Of a DNA stretch of 64,000 nucleotides, positions 12,192 to 26,693 are shown in pieces. A program made the position numbers and the translations under genes. The stretch is from NCBI GenBank assembly GCA_965603825.1, contig CBFDEM010000030.1, positions 372,001-436,000 on the forward strand, given 5' to 3'. Position 1 is the first letter of the stretch; each line of letters starts with the position of its first letter. Under the pieces are notes generated by a model. The model was given only the letters and a program-made list of their open reading frames with translations. It had not been told where the DNA came from and made no database searches. The stretch is from Blepharisma stoltei ATCC 30299 (Eukaryota > Protista > Ciliophora).

Positions 12192-13337
12192 TTAATTCTC
12201 TGCTATTTTATTTGGAACGATTTGAGAAGCTTTAATGATTTCACATAAAATTCATAAATTTGAAATGAAAAACAATGAGCTTGCTATCCAAATTTGTAAA
12301 AAAACACTCTCACCTAAAAATTCTAAATGATACCCTCAGTAAAGCCAATGAGCTTCTGAAATTATCCAAAACAAAAGAATAGTAATCCATTTTTTAAAAG
12401 ATAAATTTATTTTCGGGATTACAATTGGAAGCAAAGTTATATATCATATAAAATACTGAGCTGTGCAAACTTTATTGAATATCACAAAAATAAAAGTCTC
12501 TGCAATTATTGTGGAATAAAGATTTTTCTTGGTCATAAAAAGGCTTAAATATATTATAAGTGCTCACTGTGGGATAAAGGCTAATAACCCAAAAATTTTG
12601 GCTGAAAAATTGTATGTGAGATATAGGATATAAAAATACAGAGAAAAATTGTGACGGCTATCTTTTCTAATAAAATGATACAAATATGTCTCGTATAAAA
12701 ACTCTCAGCCATAAATAATTCAAAACACAAAAATAAGTCATAGAAATAAGCCTCCGCTTATAATAGTAAACTTTAACCTTTTATATGTAAAAATTGAAGA
12801 CTTTTCCTTGTCAACCCAAATATAAAAGCTAAATGAATAAATTATTGGATAGATACGAAAATGAACTGAAAGACCATAAAGGATCCCAGCTTGTCAAATT
12901 TTATTTTTTTTTAGAAAATAAATCGTGCTTAGTAGTAAAAAACTTGTTAAAGAATCTGATGATCCTCTTGTAGACATATTAAATGCTATTGGATTTAGCA
13001 AAAAGGTTGAGCTTCATAAAAGGCTTTCATTTTCAAGCTCAAGCAATTTAATTAAAAAATACCCGCATAATAAATCGCATACAATAAATATAAGCTTTCC
13101 TCAGAAAGAGATATATCAATTAGGAATAAGAATATATGCCAACAAAGGAGTGTATCTATATGTATGTCTTAGATACGGGCTTTTGCCATCAAGCACATAT
13201 TTGGCACTATCTGAATATACTTGATAATCCAAGTCTGTATATTTCACGTCCATTGTCCTATCTTGCCATTCTCCATATACAAGAAGAAAGATTCTGACTA
13301 CAATAGATGCAATAAACAAGCTATTTCTACCTATCAT
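12192..13337 (-). CDS. PIGM: GPI mannosyltransferase 1 (PIG-M)
   Basis: [44 protein letters not shown](W)Y and YHLEFLG. About 10 in-frame TGA codons, so it is mostly invisible to the ORF track. Confidence 0.93.
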
Positions 13338-13494
13338 ACTCTTTGATGGTATATAATAATTTTTTCCTATTTATTTTTCTGATTTAAGAAATAGTAGCAG
13401 ATAAATCTTGTATCAGCTAAAAAATATTTATTTAAAAAATAATCAATATATATTTTTATTATATCACTTGACGAATAATAAGCAAACTAATAAA

Positions 13495-15024
13495 ATGGAA
13501 TCTCGAGACTATATGAATCTCTCCACCGACAAAGCCTTTCCTAAGCTTTTAAATCCAGGAGAATCCCTTCTCATGAGTCTCAAAGTGATAAAATTTAACA
13601 AGCGAAATAAAGCCCAGGAACGCACAATTGCACTGACCTCAACATCTCTTCTCAATTTAAAAGGAAAAAAGCTCCAAAGAAGAATGGACATCACCTCTTT
13701 AGGAGGCATCACTCGCAGTAAGCACGGCGATGAATTTGTGTTGCATTCTCCATCAGAGTACGACTATAGGTTTGGCTCTCCACTTAAGGACCAAGCTATT
13801 CAAACTCTTTGCCAGGCTTTCAAAAACTTAACAGGACGTACTCTTTATGTGTGAGAGTCCAACGAAATCAGTTTGAAAGACCTTACAACTACTAAAAGTG
13901 ACAAGAAAAAAGGCCTCAACAAAATGCCTGCACCTGAAACTGCAATCAATTTCAGAGGCGAAGTTCCGAATTTTAATGAGGAGTCTAAAGATTCTCGCGG
14001 AAAGCGAAGCAGAACCATTTTTGCTGCCACAGAAAATCCGTCTGCAGCACTTTTAGATGATTTTACTATACTAAAAGTATTAGGAAGAGGAAGCTTTGGG
14101 AAAGTGATGCTTGTAAGAAGAAAAGATAATGGACAGCTTTATGCAATGAAAAGTCTAAGAAAAGATGCATTACTTGAAAGTGATCAAGTTGAGCATACAA
14201 AAACAGAAAAACTTATTTTGCAGCATATAAATCACCCTTTCTTAGTCAAACTCGAATATGCGTTTGCAACATCTACGAAAATTTATTTTGTGATGGAATT
14301 CATGAAAGGTGGGGAACTTTTCTACCATTTGAGAGAAGCCAAAAGATTCCCTGAAGACCGAGCCAGATTTTACGCTGCACAAGTAGGGCTTGGACTTGGT
14401 CATCTTCATGAGCAAAATATTGTATATCGAGACCTTAAACCTGAAAACGTCCTTATGGACGAGTTTGGGAATGTTTATTTATCTGACTTCGGCATGGCAA
14501 AAATGCTGGGAGAAAATGGATCGACCCAAACCTTTGTAGGAACTCCTGAATATGTAGCCCCTGAGATCATTTCATGTGCTGGCCATAACATAACAGCAGA
14601 TTGGTGGAGTTTTGGTGTATTAATTTATGAAATGATAGTCGGAATTCCTCCATTTTACGACCAAAACGTAAATCTAATGTATGAGCTGATTCAAAGAGGA
14701 AAATTGAAGTTCCCTGTAAAATCCCCTGTTTCAGATAATGCAAAAGATATCATAACAAAACTCTTAGACAGAGACCCGACAAGAAGACTGGGAGCTCAAG
14801 GCTTCAATGAAATTAAAAACCATCCTTTCTTTGCCCCAATTGATTGGGTAGCATTGGAAGCAAAAAGATTACCGACTCCATTTACTCCAAGAATCACGGA
14901 TCCACTCCAAGCTGAAAACTTTGATAGAGAATTCACTGACGAAGCTCCAACGGATTCGGTGATCCCAGAGAACAAGCTGAATATGATTTTGCAAAATCAA
15001 GAGCAGTTTCAAGCATTTCATTAG
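13495..15024 (+). CDS. AGC-family (Akt/SGK/S6K-like) kinase with N-terminal myosin-I TH1/PH-like domain
   Basis: ATG 13495; TGA 13852. LGRGSFGKV, YRDLKPEN, TFVGTPEY, AGC tail NFDREFT and C-terminal FxxF. Confidence 0.9.
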
Positions 15025-15191
15025 ATAAAAGTCTAAGCTAATTTTATAGAGATAGGATAAGGCCTTTATTTTGTCTAAAGACAGGTGTATTCTAAATTAT
15101 AATTTTGTTTAAAATTCAAGCATTAGATAAAGTAATAATTATAATTCTTTATGAATCAAGCTAAGGCCAAATATTTACCATATCATATAAT

Positions 15192-18100
15192 ATGGAGGCA
15201 GTAGGACACAAAAGACAAAAAATCGGAAATTTTAATTATACACTTACACCTACTGTATTACAAAATCTTGCTGACCTTGAGCTTTGTTTAAAGACGAAGT
15301 ATGGGTTATGCTTGATCGGACCTCCTTCTAGTGGTAAAACTACCTTGATTCAGATTTTGGCTGAGCAAAATGGCCATGAGCTTATAAGCCTTTTCATTGA
15401 CAGCTCGATTGATAGCAAGACTCTTCTAGGAACTTATCTATGCACTGAGGTGCCAGGTGAGTTTACATGGGTCCCAGGTCTTTTAACTCAAGCTGCTTTG
15501 GATGGGGCATGACTCATATTAGAGCAATTTGATAAGATGCCTGAAGACATCTATTGCCTTTTTTCGCATCTATTAGAAACTAACACACTACACATTCCAA
15601 ACAGAGGACAAATTATAAAGCCAGCAAATGGGTTTAGACTATTTGCCACAGCTGAAAAAATGCCAAGCCAATATAATCTGTCTAATTGGCTTACACATCA
15701 TATAATTCCGTTAAACGAAAGTGATTTATTTGACCTAGCTCCTTTAAGAATCAGCAAAAGCGATTTGTTAAGAGATTTATTAATTAAATGCTTCGGAGCT
15801 ATGAAAGAAATAAAAGGAAATGAATTGGTAAATCGAGACTGGTTCAAATTGTGCGATAGAGTGAATTATCATGTGAAAAATATTTATGGGGATAGAGAAA
15901 TGAATAATATAATCACTGAGAGCTTAAGAGAATTAATATTCCTCGAAGCTATGGGGGTTTTACTCGGAACAAGAGATAAAGCTCAAGCAATAGAGTGCTT
16001 AGCTGGATGCTTGAGCATAGACAAAGAGCATTTAAAAGCATTTTATGAAAACCGGACTATCAGACTAACACTAACTGAAGATTCTATACAGATTGGAAAA
16101 GCTCCAGGATTACCTACAAGCAATAAACCAAATTCAATTAACTTTGCATGCACTCCTTATACATTGAGGCTGCTCGAAAACTTATGCACTGGCATTGCTA
16201 GCTCAGAAAGTTTACTTCTAGTCGGAGAAACAGGGAATGGAAAAACAACCATCGTCCAATCCTTAGCAAAACTATTAGGTGCGAAACTATATGTACATAA
16301 CCTTAGCCAAGTATCTGATCCTTCAGATATTGTTGGCGGCTTTAAACCTATTGCCGTCTCAACATTACTATCTCCACTGGTATCTGACTATTACGACCTA
16401 ATCCCAATCATCCTTGACAAACCCAATTTTTCTCAACTTTTCAATAAACTTCGCAAATCTTTTACACAGCAAAAATGGCACAAAGTAATAAAATACATGC
16501 AAATTTCATATACAGAAATCCAAACCCTCCTTCAGAAAGGAACTATTTCTTTATCTGCAGAAATCATGCAAAAACTTACAAAGTTAACTGAAGAAACCAA
16601 AAGCACCGAAAATAAGCTAAAAGCATCCCATTTTGCGTTTCAATTTGTAGAAGGGTCTCTTGTCAAAGCATTAAAAGAAGGGTCATGGATTCTTCTAGAA
16701 GAAATAAACTTGGCTGAAAACGAAATGCTGGAAAGGCTTCATAGCGTTTTAGAAGGCAGAGGAATCACACTTGTAGAAAAAGCTGAAAGCAAAGAAATAA
16801 AGCCACATGTAAATTTTAGGCTGTTTGGATGTATGAACCCAGGAAAACAAGTTGGGAAAAAAGAGCTACCAAGCTCACTAAGGGCTAAGTTTACTGAAAT
16901 TTGGGTTGAAGAAATGGAGAGATTTGAAGATATAAAAGAAGTCGTTGTATGATATCTTGAAGGAAGAGCTGATAGAGGCATTATGGATAAAATCGTCAAT
17001 TTTTATCTTGAAACTAGAAAAATGTGCAGAGAAGGGATGCTTGAGGATGGTAGAGGGAAAATTCCTCAGTACTCGATGAGAACTTTATGTAGAGCACTCA
17101 GGTATGTGCAAGAATTTGGACCGCTATATGGGGTTCAGATATCATTGTTTAATGCTTTGAGGATTTTCTTCGAAACAATGCTGTCTCCCCAATCTCGGAT
17201 TGAGTTCTTGAAAATTGTAAAAAACCTTGACCCTCCACCTACAAGAATGCCAAAATCTCCCTCATCAGCACATATAGAACTCTTTGGGTTTTGGCATGAA
17301 AAAGGTCCATTACCTGAATTTAATGACCCTAATTTTATTTTGACTCCTTCTGTACGAGAATATTTAACACAATTATCCCGTGCAATAATTTTCAAAAATA
17401 ACGCAATTTTATTAGAAGGCCCCACAAGTAGCGGGAAAACCAGTATGGTGAAATATTTAGCTGGCTTAACAGGCCATGAGTTTCTAAGGATAAATAATCA
17501 CCAGCATACTGATATAGAAGAATATATAGGCTCTTATGTTTCAGATGAAAGAGGCAGACTTATATTCCTTGAAGGTCCACTAGTAAAAGCTGTAAAAGAA
17601 GGATATTTTGTAGTCCTTGATGAGCTTAATCTTGCCCCTTCTGAAGTATTAGAAGCTTTAAACAGGCTTCTTGATGACAATAGAGAACTTTTTATAACAG
17701 AAACACAAACCACTATTAAACCACACCCTCATTTCAGGCTATTTGCCACACAGAATCCTACTGGATATGCTGGGAGAAAAGAGCTTTCCAAAGCTTTTAG
17801 AAATAGGTTTGTAGAAATGTTTATTCCTGAACTGCCTGATTCTGAACTTATACAGATTTTGGAAAAAAGAGGAAAACTAGCACCTTCTTATGCACAAGTT
17901 TTGATTAATGTCATGAGGGAATTGCAAAGGCATCGACAACAAACTAGAGCATTTTTGGGGAGACAAGGGTTTATTACAATTAGAGATCTATTAAAAATAG
18001 CCAATAGAGAGCCTATTGGGTACGAACAATTGGGGCATTTCACTTTTGCAGTATTAGGAGAAAGACTGAGAAATGAAGAGGAAAAAGAATTTGTAAAAAG

Positions 18101-21100
18101 TGTGATAGAAAAAAACTGCAAAAAAATAAAAATTGATATGCCGAAATTTTATGATGAATACACAAAAAGCGAGAGCTTTCTAATGGATGTTGAAAGGCTA
18201 GACGAGACTATTGGAGTTGCAAGAGGACTAAGAAAAATTGCTTGGAATTCACATATGAAAAGACTATACACACTAGTAGACATGGCAACTAAATGCAATG
18301 AGCCTGTTCTTCTTGTAGGAGAAACTGGATGTGGAAAGACAACGATATGTCAAGCTTTAGCCTCTATGAGGAACACTGAGCTGAAATGTATTAACTGTCA
18401 TCAATATACAGAAACTTCAGATTTCATTGGAAGCCTTCAACCGATAAGAGATAGAACTACTTTAAATGAAAATGAGCAAGAAGGCGGCCATAAGCTCTTT
18501 GAATGGGCTGATGGGCCATTAGTTGAAGCTTATAACTTTGGCAAGTTTTTGCTGATTGATGAAATTTCTCTTGCAGATGACAGTGTTCTTGAAAGACTTA
18601 ACAGTGTTTTAGAAATTGATAGAAAGCTTCTGGTTCCTGAAAAGGGAGGAGAATGCAGCCTTGAAATGGCAGCAGCTGAAGGATTTCAGCTATTCGCAAC
18701 TATGAATCCTGGAGGAGATTATGGTAAAAAAGAACTTTCACCTGCATTGAGGAATAGATTTACTGAGATGTGGGTAAGAGTTGGGATAGAGGAAGTCAAC
18801 GAAGTGCTGATAACGATTTTAGATGCTGAGAAGACAACATTCCTTATAAGATTTATTGAATGGTACAACAGTTTTGCAAGGATTCCTTTATCTCTTAGAG
18901 ATGCTATAGCATGATGTGATTTCATCAAAAATTCTTCATTAGAGTTTTCTGTTTCTTTTTGGGAAGGTCTGTCAATGATCTTGCTGGATTACTCAGACGA
19001 TGCGAATAAAGCAAAATGCATGAAATTTATCATTGAAGAGCTTCAAATCCCAGAGCCAAAAATTGAGTATAATGTTACAGCTACACCTCAGCTATTTGGG
19101 ATTTCACCTTTTTTCATTGAAACCAATTCATTATCTCTATTAAGCAACTATTCTTTCAATGCACCAAACATAAAGAAAAGTCTTTATAGGCTATTAAGAG
19201 CAATACAGTTGAATAAGCCTATTATGCTAGAAGGTCCCCCAGGAGTCGGGAAAACAAGTATTGTTGAGTCACTTGGCAAAGTTACAGGACATAAAGTTAC
19301 AAGGATTAATCTTAGCGAAGAAACTGATTTAATTGATCTTTTAGGATGCGACATTCCTATAGGAGAAAGATTTGAGTGGTGTGACGGAGTTTTGCTTTCA
19401 GCTATCAAAGCTGGAGATTGGGTCATTCTTGATGAGCTTAATTTGTGTCCTCAACCAGTGATTGAGGGCTTAAATGCATTACTAGACCATAGAGCAACTG
19501 TCTATATCCCAGAAATAAACAAAGAAGTCCAATGCCCTATTTCATTCAGAATTTTTGCAGCACAGAACCCAGTAGCTCATGGAGGAGGCCGTAAAGGTCT
19601 TCCAAAGAGTTTTTTAAACAGATTCACAAAAATATATATCAGTGAGCTTACAAAAGAAGATTACATCAGAATTATCTCAGACATTTATCCTAATTTAGCT
19701 AATATCGACAAAATAGTAGAATTCAATGAAAAGGTAAAGACTCAAATCCAAGGACCCTGGGAGTTTAATTTAAGAGATATGCTGAGATGATGCCAAGGTG
19801 CTTCAATTGAACTTCTTTACTTCTATAGAACAAAAACACCAGAACATCGAGAAAAAATCCAAGAAATTTATTATGAAGTATTTGGTTGCCATCTAGTAAT
19901 TAGCCCAGTCCCTTATTATAGAGTCAACCCTGATTACGTAGAAATAGGAAAATGCAAAATTCCAAATCTTAAACCCAATACTAATTTAGCCTTTATTCCA
20001 AGCCAAATGAACATTTTAGAACAAGTCCTTTTTGCTATTGAAAAAAGGTGGCCAATTTTACTTGTAGGAGATCATTCAGTAGGCAAAACTTCAATATGCA
20101 GGCTAGCAAGTGTTTTGATGAATAAAAACTTATATGAATATACTTTAAGCCCAACTACTGACTCAAGCGAACTTTTAGGCTCATTTGAACAGAATGAAAA
20201 CGGTAAATTCGAGTGGTATGAAAGCACGCTAGCAAAAGCACTGAGAAATGGTGACTGGATTTTATTGAAAAACGCTAATCTTTGTCCTGCGTCTGTTCTT
20301 GACAGAATTAATTCATTAATGGAACCAAATGGAAGCTTGCTTATAAATGAGCGCGGCCAAGTAAATGGAGAAAGCTATATCCTTAGAGCCCATCCAGACT
20401 TTTGTATGTTTATTACTTTTAATCCAAAGCTTGGAGAAGTTTCAAGAGCACTTCGTAATAGATGCATTGAGATTTCAATGCTTGAGCATTATAACTATAT
20501 GGACGTGCTCAGAATAACTGGCTCTCATTTCGTCACAAAGGAGAGCTTTGCTCGTTTAATTAAAAATGGGTTTGGGGAAATTTTGAAGTGGGAAGAACTC
20601 AGCCGATCAATAGAAAATAAAGAAAAAAGCTATTCGTTATTGTTTGGAGATAGCATAGAAGATGAAATGGAGGTAGAAGAAAGATTGATGTTTGAGAAAT
20701 TAAGCAATATACTTAAATTGCCGATCGAGTCGTATTTAAATGAAGACTTAAAGTTTTTGGAAAAGTGAAATGACCATAATGAAGCTAAGGCATGCTTTTT
20801 TACAAATTCTTGCTACTTTGATTGCAATGAAAGAGCAAATCAAGTTAAAAATGGTAGTCTTGCTGAGTATTTTCAAAACATATGAAATGAATACAGCAAT
20901 AAGGGTATCTCAATAGGCTATTATACACCTCTTTTGAACCCAATTTGCCCTATCACTCAATATATTCCTTATGAAAATCAAGTTCATCATGCCTTAATGC
21001 TAAATTTATCAATTTTCAACCTATCATGGAAGGTGGATATTAACTTAAAGCAGCAAGTCGACTTATTCCTTTATCATATTGCAAGAGATGATTTCACCAA

Positions 21101-24100
21101 ACACAAAATAATTTCAAAATCAATTATACCAGATGAAATATCTCTATCTTATGAAAAGCCTCTTCTTTCGAAAGAGCTTATATCTTCATGAAAACAACGT
21201 GTCAGAACATCAATCAAAGCCTGCCCAATTCCTCTTGAAAAGTTTCCAGCTGTGCTATCATCAAATTTTGTAAAGAAACTAATGAGCAACATAAATTATT
21301 CTGAAGAATTCCCTAAAAGAAGAGTGGTAGTTGTATCTGGAGAAGAGTTTATTGACCAAGAAATCGGACTAATAATGGATAAAGAAACATGCCAAGCTGA
21401 GCAGCTGTTTTATATAGAAGAAATAAAAGATTTATATGAGCAGGTGCTATTAAGAGCATTATCAAGAATGGTAGACTCATCTTCACTCACTGATTTAGAT
21501 GTCATTCAATTTTTGAATAATGAGTATATACCAACTTCTCTATTAAAGCCTTTATGGATATTGAGGTATAAGGTAGGGCTTCCTTTTTCTATCAGAGAAA
21601 TCGCTTTACCTATCTTGCAAGCTCCAATTGTACCAGAAACTGATTTTCTGAAAATATATAGAGATTCTAAAGAAACAACAATTTTCAATGCTACCAAGCA
21701 TTGGTTTTTAATTAGAACTCTGCTGAAATGGCCTCAGGTCAAGTCATCTCTAGCAATTCCCAATTCGTATTTAGAGCTAGTATTTAATGAATTGACAAAT
21801 AAAATTGAAGGCTCAGAGCTAGAACTATATTTCACTAAAAATGAAAGCTATAAGGCTGTTGGTCTTGGGCTATGGCTTTATAAGCTTTATAAAGGCTTAA
21901 TATGTGATCCTTCAGAGCTTTATAAAGGCTTGTCTATTGATTATCAGCAAATGCAGCAAGAAATGGCACAGAGAGTTGAGATAAGGCAAGACTACAGTGC
22001 TTTTCGATATGGGTACAATTTTGATATTCCAATTATCACTTTCTATTCGCAATCCATCCAGCAGCTATCACAAAAAATAAATAAAGCTGAGCAAAATATA
22101 ATACCCAGGCCAGCAAACTCAGCAGATATTATCAGTTATATTACCAAGCTGCCTTCTTATGAAAGACTTTCTCAGCTTGTTTCTCACAACTTAACATCTT
22201 TGGAAACTGAAGGAACTCGTTATTTATTTGACTTATTGCAATCTTTTCTATCAACACTCATATCATACCAAACCATTTTCCCTGACCTTTGCTCTCCACT
22301 GTTAGAAGCATTGCTTCTTATTCAATATGGCTTAAAATCTCTTTCAATTATTCCATCTCCTGAATTTATCTATCCTTTTACTTTTTCAAGCATGCCAATT
22401 TCTCTTCAGTCCTCTCTTATTAAAGGTCACCTGTTCTATGACTCTTCATTCCTTCCTGAATTTCTAAGGCTTATTCTTGATTTAACTGAAATCAAAGAAT
22501 CTGAAGAGCCAAAAAAGCTAAAAATTGTTAAAACTACTGAGCTTGAAACTGTTCATACAATTGGTGAGCAGACAAGAGAAGAAAACATTAGAGAATATGA
22601 AGAAATTGAGAAGAGAGAAATAGAAAAATTGTTCCCAAAGTACAGAGATGAAAGGGCGTGGATACCTGTTGAAATGAAGAAGAGGAAAGAAATTATTGAA
22701 GCCTGGAAAGACTGGGAATTTGCATGTGGGACGAGGGATAATGAGCTTAAAAAAAGGTTTTTAGGGCTGATCAACCCAGAAATTGCAGGAGTTTTCTTAA
22801 GCAAACCTTTAGAAATCCACTTAAAAAATTTATGCAATGAATTCGAATATACCCCTGAAAAAGAAGCATACAATTTCTATTTAGATCCAAATCCAAAAGA
22901 AGCTATGGCAGCTTATACACCTTTAGTGAAACTTATTAGCAAGCTAGCAGATTTTCTTAAATTATTCCCAGACCACGAAATCCTTAAGGAAACTCAGTAC
23001 CTTGCTTATAAAGTCCTTTCTCGACCGCTTTTCTCAACGCCTCTAATGCAGCTAGTTTCAGGATTTGACAATGTTCTGAAACTAGCCCACGATTGGGAAG
23101 ACTATACAGGCTCAGAATATTCTCTAAAATCAGAACTTCATGAAATTTACGATTTGCTTAAAAGATGGAGAGAAAGTGAACTCCAAAACTGGGAAGGGCT
23201 ACTAGAGGCTAAAAAGTCAGAAATGATAGGACAAGATGCCAAGCTATGGGCTAGGCTGTTTAGAGTTCTTTATGTTGAAAAAGTTAGAGGGAAAGAACTT
23301 TATGAAGCTCTTGAAATGTATATCCGGTCATCAAGTTTAGGATGCTTCGAAAACAGGCTTAGAGTGCTGAAACTATTTGAAGACAAAGTAGACGCCGACC
23401 AAGTCCCATCTCTTCACCATATTTATGCATTTTATACCCAATTCCAAGAGCACTTCAATAAGACTATTGATTTTTATTTAGAACCTATAAAAAACAAGCT
23501 TAAAGAAATCGTAAAAATCGCCAGATTTAACGTCTCAAACTATCATGCATGGAGAGAAACTGCATTCAGAGCTCATAGGCAGCTGAATACCTTGATAAAA
23601 AAATACAAAGATGTGCTAGTCCTTAAATTCGAAGACGAAATTTTGAGAAAAATCAGGCAGGACTATTCAGAAAGTATCTTAGAGAAGCCTATACAAGTTC
23701 TCGAGACTGCAGAGCCTGATAATGTATTTGAGGAACTTTCATTAAGAATTTTCGAGAGGATTGAGACTATTAAAAATATAGAAAATGAACAAGGGATTAA
23801 ATATAGGTCTTTAATTGATTTATTGAATAATTTGAAAGAGCTAGGATTTAGCCAGTTTTACCATTCAAAAGATACAGAAAAATTGTCATTCAGTGAGCAG
23901 CCCGTAATTAATTATTATCCAGAAGAGTTGAAAGAAGTGATTGGCAAAGGAGAAGAGTATTATTATAGATGCATTGATAAATTGACCATTCTTCATTCAC
24001 TTATGGGGATTAATGATATAATTAAGCTAGAGGATAAAGAAAAATGTTTAGGGTATGCAATTTTTATTATGTATTCTTTGATTGAAGCAAGAAGAGCACT

Positions 24101-26693
24101 AGCTAGCTCTTTAGAAACTTATAAGGCTTATGCAAAACTGAATAATGAAGAAATGAAAGTAGTCTGCCAAATTAATGAAGTAGTAAAAGAAGCTGTTCTT
24201 GAAAATCTTCAGTTAGAAATAGATCAAGATACTGGCTTCAAGATATCATGCTTTAAAGTTTCAGGCACTATGAATGATCTATCTTTATGCAAAACTGCAT
24301 TAAGCCAGCTTTCAGAAATTCCAAAATATTCAGAAATTGCTTCTAGCCTCTCAGCAATTCTTCCGGAGCCGCGTTCGATTCCGAAATACTTAGAAAAATC
24401 TGAAATTCCAGACACTTATGTTGAGGATCTCACTTCTTATCCTTTGCCAGCTATATGCTCTTATTATAAAAGTCTTGGAAAGCTCTTATACATTTTAATC
24501 TCAATATTTTCCAGTCTTTTTTCAAAAGGATTTTGCGGCTCTGAAGAAGAAGAAGAAGCAGGTGAAGAGTCAGGCGAGCAGTTAGTTGAAGGGACTGGAC
24601 TTGGAGAAGGCAAAGGAAATAAAGATATCGGAGAGGAATTAATTGATGAAGAACAGTTCCAAGAACTTCAAAACCAAGAAGAAAGCGAACAAAAAGATGT
24701 GGACAAAGAAGGAGGAATGGATGTAAGGGAAGAATTTGAAGGAGAAGAAAGAAGCGCTGAAGGCAGTGAAGGCGAAGATATAGAAGGAAATGCCGAAGGA
24801 AACGAAAAACTTATGGAAGAAGAACAAGAAGCCCGCAAAGCTGAAGGAGAAGTAAGGGAGTCTGCAAACCCAGAGATGACCAAAGAATCAGAAATGGAAG
24901 CCGGACTTCAACCTCAAGATAGAGAAGGTGAAGCTGAAGACTTTGAAATGGCCCCACCAGAGTCAGGATCTGAAGAAAACATGGATATGGACATCGACGC
25001 CAAAGAAGAAGACTTAATAAACGTTGATAAAAGAAACGAAGACTACGAAAGTTCACAACAAGACAGCGGAGAAGAAAGCATGCAAGAAGACTCCGAAGCT
25101 GAACAAAACCAAACCAATGAACCCAACCTAAATGAAGCAGAAATGGAAGGTAAAGAGACAAAAGAAATAGAAGGATCCAGTGGAGAGGAAGAAGAAAAAA
25201 GATTAGAAGAATACAAGGACAGAGAATTCACAGATTATGATAAAGAAGCTTATGGGGTTGACAATCAAGCTGCAAACACTGATAAAATGAAAGGAAATGA
25301 AAATAAAGGAGAGCAAAATTCCAAAGATAAAGGAAGCTATACAGATGTCATTAGCCAGATGAAAGGTGAATGAAACTCCCAGCAGCAACAGCAGCAGAGT
25401 GAAACCGGTCAAAACCCAGAAACTGAAATAGAAGCCACTGTTAATGATGTAGAAACCGTAAATATGCCAGATGATATGAGTATAGACAGGCCAGAGTCCT
25501 CAAATATCTACACCTTTGACGAAAATTTCAATGATGTCACCTCAGCTCCCAGCTTAAAAAATAATCCCGAGCAAGAAGCAGGCAAACAAGTCCAGCCTAA
25601 AAAGTCAGAACGCAAAGAAAGGCCTAGAGAAGAAGTCAAAAGTGAAAGCTTCAAAACTTTTGACAGCACAAAGAGAGATGAGCAGAGAAACGTAATTCCA
25701 AAAATTGATATGATTAATTTCAATGAAGGGAATGTTGGAAGAAAAGGAACTCATAGAACTGGAGGAGAAGAAGTCCCTATGAGCATTGATAATAGCCTTT
25801 TAGATCCACTAGAAGAACTTGAAAAGCTTAGAAATCAAGTAAATATGGAAGCTTTTGAAAAAGGACTTGCTGAATGGGAAAACTACGAAAGAGAAACTAG
25901 TTATATTGCACAAGAGCTATGTGAACAGTTAAGAATCATCCTCGAGCCGACAAAAGCAAAAGGCCTTCAAGGGGATTATAAAACTGGTAAAAGAATCAAT
26001 ATGAAAAAAGTCATTGCTTACATTGCAAGCCAGTTTAGAAAAGATAAAATCTGGCTTAGAAGAACTAGACCTACTGCAAGAGAATATCAAGTACTTCTAG
26101 CTATTGATGATTCTTTTAGTATGAAGCAGCATGGACTAGGAGATATTGCGAAAAAAGGCTTATCAATTTTGGCCCAAGCTTTGCATAAGCTTGAAGTAGG
26201 AGAACTCGGGGTTGCAGGCATCAGAAATGGTATGAATTTATTACATGACTTTGGCCGGCCTTTTTCAAGCGACGAAGGAGGCTTTATTATGTCTCAGCTT
26301 GACTTTGAATATGGAAGAGATGTGGGCTCTGATACAGCATATCCAAGATTTATGCAGCAGTGCTATGATTATTTAGAAAAATGTGGAAACCAAAACATGC
26401 AGCTCGTTATTATTATTTCTGATGGAAGACTCAATAAAAACAAAGTCAGGCCATGGGTGAGAAAAAATGAAGGGATTTTCTTTTTATTTGTAATTGTTGA
26501 TAACCAAGAAAGTTCTATTATGGATATGCAGAGCGTTGTGTTTGAGAAAAAGGACGGGAAAAATTTAGTGAAGAAGACATCATATTTGGAAGATTTTCCT
26601 TTTGAATATTATGTTGTGGTACAAAATCCGGGATTGCTGGTTACAATTTTGTTGGATGTCATAAAGCAGTGGTTTGAACTGATGAAAGAATAA
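15192..26693 (+). CDS. MDN1: Midasin (Rea1) AAA-ATPase, 3833 aa
   Basis: Eight fragments in one frame joined by TGA at 15510, 16950, 18912, 19788, 20766, 20883, 21189 and 25371. Six Walker-A modules, a D/E-rich region, and a C-terminal MIDAS (DDSFSM, FRKDKIWLRRT). Confidence 0.96.

Noticed and set aside
24639-25412. Stack of antisense ORFs over the midasin acidic region, and similar ones over the kinase, calcyphosin and WD40 genes
   Set aside because: Ser/Phe/Leu-rich shadows of the sense-strand codon bias, with no motifs.
15192-26693. Fragmented ORFs suggesting pseudogenes or gene clusters (midasin, PIG-M, PAPs, TRP, DUF229)
   Set aside because: Fragments share a frame and break only at TGA or at 15/16-nt introns. 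These are intact single genes.
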